Of a stretch of 64,000 nucleotides of DNA, positions 59,537 to 64,000 are shown piece after piece (the stretch's first letter is position 1; each line of letters opens with the position of its first letter). The notes beneath the pieces were generated by a model, which did not search any database, was not told the DNA's origin, and was given only the letters and a program-made list of their open reading frames with translations. Source of the stretch: an uncultured Dehalococcoidia bacterium. Lineage in GTDB: Bacteria; Chloroflexota; Dehalococcoidia; Bin125. Location of the stretch: the NCBI GenBank assembly GCA_958295515.1, contig CATQGW010000002.1, forward strand, positions 150,332 through 214,331. The letters run 5' to 3'. The translations under genes were made by a program, and so were the position numbers.

Positions 59537-61213
59537 ATGGGGAGCCGCGCCGGCAGCCTGATTGTCCTCTTCGTGCTGGCTGCGATCGTGATCGCGGCCG
59601 TTCTGCTCGTCGTGCGCTTCTCCGGCGACTCCGATCCCGAACAGCCCGCAATCATCGTCTCACTGATCAACGACCAGCCGGTCCTGCTCGGACAGCCATT
59701 GGAAGTCGAGGTACGCGCCCGCAGCGGCGTGCCGATCTCGATCTTCACCCTGCTCGCCGACGGCGCAATCATCACCCAGGCCACGCCGATCTACGACCCC
59801 GACCAGGGCCGCTACGCCGCCGTGTTGTTCTGGACGCCGCAGGCGTTGGGCTTTGCCAATCTGCGAATCGTCGCCACCGACACCGCCGGCGCACAGACCG
59901 AGGTAGCGGTGCGCGTCGATGTGACCGACGACGCCGAGCGTGTCGCCCAGGCCGAGCAGGCCGCTCGCACAGACCAGCCTCAGACCACCGCGCCGCCGCC
60001 CGCCGCGCCCACCGAGGACGACCCGGCCGAGAGCGGCGGCGAGCCTGCTGAGCAGCCCGAAGCGACGCCGCAGACCGAGACTCCAAGCGGCGGCACGGCG
60101 CGCATCCTCAGCCCCCAGGACGGCGCGCGCTACGAACTCGGCTCCGGCGAGCGCTTTGACGTCGAGCTCGAAACCTCCGGCACCGGCCCGCTCGCCAGCG
60201 TGCTCTTTTATGTCACCCCCGTCCTTGCCGACGGATCGTTCGGCCGCTCGCAGCTGGCGCACGCCGCCAACCCCGACGTCGCCGCCACCGGCGGCGTCTA
60301 CCGCGAGACCGTTCGCGGCGTCGAGCAATGGTTCCCGCGCGCGGGCACCTACGACCTCCAACTGGTCGCGCTGACCTCCGAGCAGCAGCGCTTCGAGGAC
60401 CTGATCCGCGTCACCGTCGGCGGCGCGGCGGACGGCGACGACGACACAGAGGATTCGCCGGAAGAGGAGCAATCCAACGACCAGCTGGAGGAAGGCCAGC
60501 AGTCGGCCGAGGGCGGCTCTGCGGACCTGGCGATCGTCACTGTGCGGCAGAACCCGAACGGTATTGCGGTCACGATCATCAACACCGGCAACGGTGCGGC
60601 CGAGCGGGTCGAGATCGAGCTGTCGTTGATCCGCACCCGCGACGCCAGCCTGCTGGCTTCAACCCGCGCCCTGCTCACGCTCGCCGCCGAACAGCGCGCC
60701 AACATTCCGCTCGAGTTCAGCATCGACGAATCAACCGACGCACTGGTCGTGCTCGAACTACAAGGCGATGCCGACGCCAGCAACAACACCTTCCAACTCG
60801 TGCTCTCACCAAGCAGCGAGAGCGAAAGCGGCGGCGACCAGCCGGAAGAAGAGCCAACGCTCGAAGAGGAAGACGAAGAGGACGAACAACCCCCGCCGCC
60901 GCCCGAAGACCTACCCGACCTCGCCTTCCTCGAAGCGCGCTTCACCGACGACGGCTACGCGCTGCTCACCGTGGTCAACGCCGGCGAAGCCGATGCGGGC
61001 GAGTTCGCCATCCACGTGGTCGACGCGAACGGCGAGCTGCTGGAGACGATCAGCCGCGGCGCGGGCGCAAGCCCGCTCCCCCCGCGCGGCAGCGAAATCC
61101 TCGCCGGCGCCGTCGCTCACAGCGGCTCCGTCGAGATCATCCTCGATCCCGACAACACCACCGCCGAGTCCAACGAGTCGAACAATCTGATCCGCGTTGA
61201 GGTCAACCGCTGA
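59537..61213 (+). CDS. membrane-anchored extracellular protein with Ig-like and CARDB-like domains and acidic linkers
   Basis: N-terminal anchor LIVLFVLAAIVIAAVLLVV. Two CARDB-like units are present (ADLAIVTV...VTIINTGNGAAERVEIEL; PDLAFLEARF...LTVVNAGEADAGEFAIHV...ESNESNNLIRVEV). Long D/E/P-rich linkers. Confidence 0.7.
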   Translation: MGSRAGSLIVLFVLAAIVIAAVLLVVRFSGDSDPEQPAIIVSLINDQPVLLGQPLEVEVRARSGVPISIFTLLADGAIITQATPIYDPDQGRYAAVLFWTPQALGFANLRIVATDTAGAQTEVAVRVDVTDDAERVAQAEQAARTDQPQTTAPPPAAPTEDDPAESGGEPAEQPEATPQTETPSGGTARILSPQDGARYELGSGERFDVELETSGTGPLASVLFYVTPVLADGSFGRSQLAHAANPDVAATGGVYRETVRGVEQWFPRAGTYDLQLVALTSEQQRFEDLIRVTVGGAADGDDDTEDSPEEEQSNDQLEEGQQSAEGGSADLAIVTVRQNPNGIAVTIINTGNGAAERVEIELSLIRTRDASLLASTRALLTLAAEQRANIPLEFSIDESTDALVVLELQGDADASNNTFQLVLSPSSESESGGDQPEEEPTLEEEDEEDEQPPPPPEDLPDLAFLEARFTDDGYALLTVVNAGEADAGEFAIHVVDANGELLETISRGAGASPLPPRGSEILAGAVAHSGSVEIILDPDNTTAESNESNNLIRVEVNR

Positions 61214-61241
61214 CCTCTCACCGTCGATCCTGCGTATTCGT

Positions 61242-61270
61242 GGTAACATTGTGCTGTGACCCAGTTTTTT
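61242..61270 (+). terminator. putative intrinsic terminator
   Basis: The GGTAACA/TGTGACC stem (one mismatch) is followed by CAG and TTTTTT (61265-61270). It sits in a low-GC spacer before dnaG. Confidence 0.45.
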
Positions 61271-61291
61271 GTAGCCGTGCGGACGTAGCCG

Positions 61292-63229
61292 GTGTCGGTC
61301 ACCGACGAGATTAAGGCGCAGATCGACATTGTCGATCTCGTCTCCGAATCCGTCGCGCTCCAGCGCAGCGGCCAGACCTTCAAGGCGCGCTGCCCCTTCC
61401 ACGCCGAGAAAACCCCCTCCTTCGTGGTCGATCCGCGCCGCCAGACTTGGCGCTGCTTCGGCGCCTGTAGCGAAGGCGGCGACGCCTTCAGCTGGATCAT
61501 GAAGCGCGAGAGCGTCGAGTTCCGCGAAGCGCTGACCCGCCTCGCCCAGCGCGCCGGCGTGCAGCTGCAACCGCGCAGCCCCGAGGCCGCCGCCCGCGAC
61601 GAGGCGCGCACGCGCCTGCTCGCCGCCAACGAAGCCGCGCTCGCCTGGTGGCGCGGCCTGCTCGACCAGCCCGAAGGCCGCACCGCCCGCGAATACCTGG
61701 CGCAGCGTGGGCTCGGCCCCGACAGCGTCCAAAGGTTTGGCCTCGGCGTCGCCCAGTCCGACCCCGACGCACTCAGTCGCCATCTGGTCGCGCGCGGCTT
61801 CCGCAGCGAAGAACTGGAACAGGCCGGGCTCGTCGTGATCACCGAGCAGGGCCCGCGCGACCGCTTCCGTGACCGCCTGATCTTCCCGATCCGCAACGCG
61901 CGCGGCGAGTGCGTCGGCTTCGGCGGGCGCACCCTCATCGATGAGCCGGCCAAATACGTCAACACACCAGAGTCGCCGCTGTTCGAGAAACGCTCCCTGC
62001 TCTACGGCCTCAACCTCGCCCGCGACGCGATCCGCAGCGCCGGCCATGTGATCGTGGTCGAGGGCTACACCGACGTGATCAGCGCCCACGAACATGGCTC
62101 GCCGCAGACCGTCGCGTCGATGGGCACCTCACTGACCGACTCGCAGGTCGCGTTGCTCAAGCCGCTCACACGCGATGTCCGCTTTGCGCTCGACCCCGAC
62201 ACCGCCGGCCAAGCCGCCACTCGACGCGGCATCGAAACCGCACGCGCCGGAATGGGCGCTGAGCCCCGCGTCCAAATCAACCCGCGCGGGATCATCCGCC
62301 AGCAGGACGCGCTGGCTGCCGACATCCGGATCATCAAGCTGCCCGAAGGCCGCGACCCCGATGACCTGATCCGCCGCGACCCGCAGCTCTGGGCCGAGCT
62401 GGTCGAAACCGCCCCGCCTTTCCTCGACTGGCTGTTTGAGCGCGGGCGCGAAACGCACAACCTGGACGAGCCCCGCGGTCGCTCAGACTTCGTCCGCGAA
62501 CTCGCGCCGTTGGTGCAATCAATCGCCGACCCGGTGATGCGCGGCGAGTATCTCCAGCAGCTGGCCGCCCTGGGGCGCGTGGAAGTTGCGGCGCTGCCGC
62601 GACGGGCAACCAGTGATGCTGGTCGTGGGCCCGGCCCTCCGCCCGATTCGGAGCCCCCCGAATCGCAGCCGCGACGCGCCTCCGACACGACACAGGAATA
62701 CCTGTTGTGCCTCGCGGTCAGCCGTAGCGAAGCCGCCGCCGCAATTGACGGCGGTGTGCTCGCGTTGATCGACGAAGCCGAGGATCAGATCATCCTCGCC
62801 GCCCGCCTGGAACAGCCCGACGACGCTGACTGGGCGGCCGAGTTGCCCGCGTCCACACAAGAGCGCATTGCGAATTTGCGGCGCGGTTCAGACGCGCTGC
62901 CGCCCCTCACCTACGAAGAAGCGCGCGCTGCCGCGCGCCAGGCCTGCGAGCGCCTGGCCGCCCGCCGCACCCGCGAGTCCCTGCGGCTGCAAACCCAGAA
63001 CATCGCGCGGATCGAAGCAGAACTGGATCGCACCGCCGTCGCCGAGGCCGCCGAGGCCTACAGTGCCGGACGTGAGGACGAACTTGACGAGGAACTGAGC
63101 GAAGCGGCGGCGCGCGTGGTGCAAGCCCGCGACGACGCGCTCTCGCTGCATCATCGCCATCGCAGCGCCGCCGAGAGCGGCGAGGCACAGGGGCTGGTTC
63201 GGCCAGCCGCGAGAGGGAGCCGGCAATGA
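61292..63229 (+). CDS. dnaG: DNA primase
   Basis: Zinc finger [56 protein letters not shown], and Toprim [12 protein letters not shown]...DPDTAGQ. Confidence 0.95.
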   Translation: MSVTDEIKAQIDIVDLVSESVALQRSGQTFKARCPFHAEKTPSFVVDPRRQTWRCFGACSEGGDAFSWIMKRESVEFREALTRLAQRAGVQLQPRSPEAAARDEARTRLLAANEAALAWWRGLLDQPEGRTAREYLAQRGLGPDSVQRFGLGVAQSDPDALSRHLVARGFRSEELEQAGLVVITEQGPRDRFRDRLIFPIRNARGECVGFGGRTLIDEPAKYVNTPESPLFEKRSLLYGLNLARDAIRSAGHVIVVEGYTDVISAHEHGSPQTVASMGTSLTDSQVALLKPLTRDVRFALDPDTAGQAATRRGIETARAGMGAEPRVQINPRGIIRQQDALAADIRIIKLPEGRDPDDLIRRDPQLWAELVETAPPFLDWLFERGRETHNLDEPRGRSDFVRELAPLVQSIADPVMRGEYLQQLAALGRVEVAALPRRATSDAGRGPGPPPDSEPPESQPRRASDTTQEYLLCLAVSRSEAAAAIDGGVLALIDEAEDQIILAARLEQPDDADWAAELPASTQERIANLRRGSDALPPLTYEEARAAARQACERLAARRTRESLRLQTQNIARIEAELDRTAVAEAAEAYSAGREDELDEELSEAAARVVQARDDALSLHHRHRSAAESGEAQGLVRPAARGSRQ

Positions 63230-64000
63230 CGACCACCCAAACCGACGCGCCGATCCGCGCCGACGCGGAGCCGCCCGCCCCGACCGAGTCTTCCAGCCAA
63301 GCGCCCCCGCCCGAGCAGGCGACGGAGCCGATCGCCTCGCGCAACGGCGCGTCCGCCGAGCCCACGATCGAGCCGACTACGGAACCGATCACGGTAGAAC
63401 CGGCGGCGACCTCCGAAAACGGCGCGTCCAGCGAACCCAACGCCGAACCCACGATCGAGCCGACCACGGAGCCGGTCACGGTGGAACCCGCGGCGACCTC
63501 CGAAAGCGACGCGTCCAGCGAACCCAACGCCGAACCCACGATCGAGCCGACCACGGAGCCGATCACGGTAGAACCGGCGGCGACCTCCGAAAACGGCGCG
63601 TCCAGCGAACCCAACGCTGAACCCACGATCGAGCCGACCACGGAGCCGATCACGGTAGAACCGGCGGCGACCTCCGAAAACGGCGCGTCCAGCGAACCCA
63701 ACGCTGAACCCACGATCGAGCCGTCCGAGGAGCCGATCACGGTAGAACCGGCGGCGACCTCCGAAAACGGCGCGTCCAGCGAACCCGACGCCGAACCCAC
63801 GATCGAGCCGACCAAGGAGCCGATCACGGCGGAACCGGCAGCGATCTCCGAAAACGGCGCGTCCAGTGAGCCGCCCGCCGAACCCACGATCGAACCGTCC
63901 GAGGAGCCGACCACGGTGGAACCCGCGGCGACCTCCGAAAACGGCGCGTCCAGCGAACCCAACGCCGAACCCACGATCGAGCCGTCCGAGGAGCCGATCA
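63226..64000 (+). CDS. repeat-rich acidic N-terminus of the gene following dnaG, probably the primary sigma factor (3' end beyond the window)
   Basis: Absent from the track because it is open at the right edge. ATG 63226 overlaps the dnaG stop (ATGA). My translation is [73 protein letters not shown]..., with no stop up to 64000. The rpoD identity rests on synteny only. Confidence 0.6.
   Translation, partial: MTTTQTDAPIRADAEPPAPTESSSQAPPPEQATEPIASRNGASAEPTIEPTTEPITVEPAATSENGASSEPNAEPTIEPTTEPVTVEPAATSESDASSEPNAEPTIEPTTEPITVEPAATSENGASSEPNAEPTIEPTTEPITVEPAATSENGASSEPNAEPTIEPSEEPITVEPAATSENGASSEPDAEPTIEPTKEPITAEPAAISENGASSEPPAEPTIEPSEEPTTVEPAATSENGASSEPNAEPTIEPSEEPI
63358..64000 (+). repeat. 87-bp in-frame tandem repeat, at least 7.4 copies (29-aa unit [29 protein letters not shown])
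   Basis: Unit starts are 63358, 63445, 63532, 63619, 63706, 63793, 63880 and 63967, with a few substitutions per copy. The array continues off the window. Confidence 0.9.

Noticed and set aside
62907-63974. 355-aa minus-strand repeat protein ([20 protein letters not shown]... units)
   Set aside because: It is the antisense reading of the 87-bp repeats. Its C-terminal third overlaps dnaG and is Arg-rich nonsense. The + frame starts with an ATGA coupling to dnaG and stays open to the window edge.

Overview
High-GC (roughly 68-70% by eye) bacterial chromosomal window, tightly packed with housekeeping genes. The gene order is core-chromosome synteny: infC-rpmI-rplT, pheS-pheT, alaS-ruvX-mltG-aroE, dprA-topA-xerC, aroQ-pepP-efp, xseA-xseB, and dnaG followed by a putative rpoD. 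The style is Firmicutes/Chloroflexota-like; any taxonomic assignment is inference only. I call about 58 CDS, 3 tRNAs (Leu-TAG, Lys-CTT, Val-GAC), one long-type SRP RNA, a few promoters and terminators, and several repeat blocks. From about 41.8 kb to the right edge every gene is on the + strand, and many are joined by 1-4 nt ATGA/GTGA overlaps. I saw no rRNA, CRISPR array, transposase, prophage or integrase-bounded island. I could not identify a convincing multi-gene novel system. The non-core content is small and scattered. (1) An intergenic repeat family of ~22-bp CCGTCAYWCCCGC modules, capped by a perfect hairpin, occurs at six loci and always in one orientation. (2) An orphan 472-aa protein is flanked by those repeats. 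(3) A 10-bp-period array carrying 10 GATC sites sits in an unusually long C-rich spacer. (4) alaS carries an in-frame, compositionally atypical ~80-codon insertion. (5) A Uma2-family nuclease gene sits where dprA-topA-xerC synteny is interrupted. (6) A hicA toxin gene with two tandem hicB paralogues is translationally coupled to a formyltransferase gene. (7) A lamin-tail-domain surface protein has PPxY motifs in its tail. (8) 87-bp in-frame tandem repeats form the N-terminus of the gene after dnaG. Many very long ORFs in the track are antisense or out-of-frame shadows typical of high-GC DNA and were rejected.
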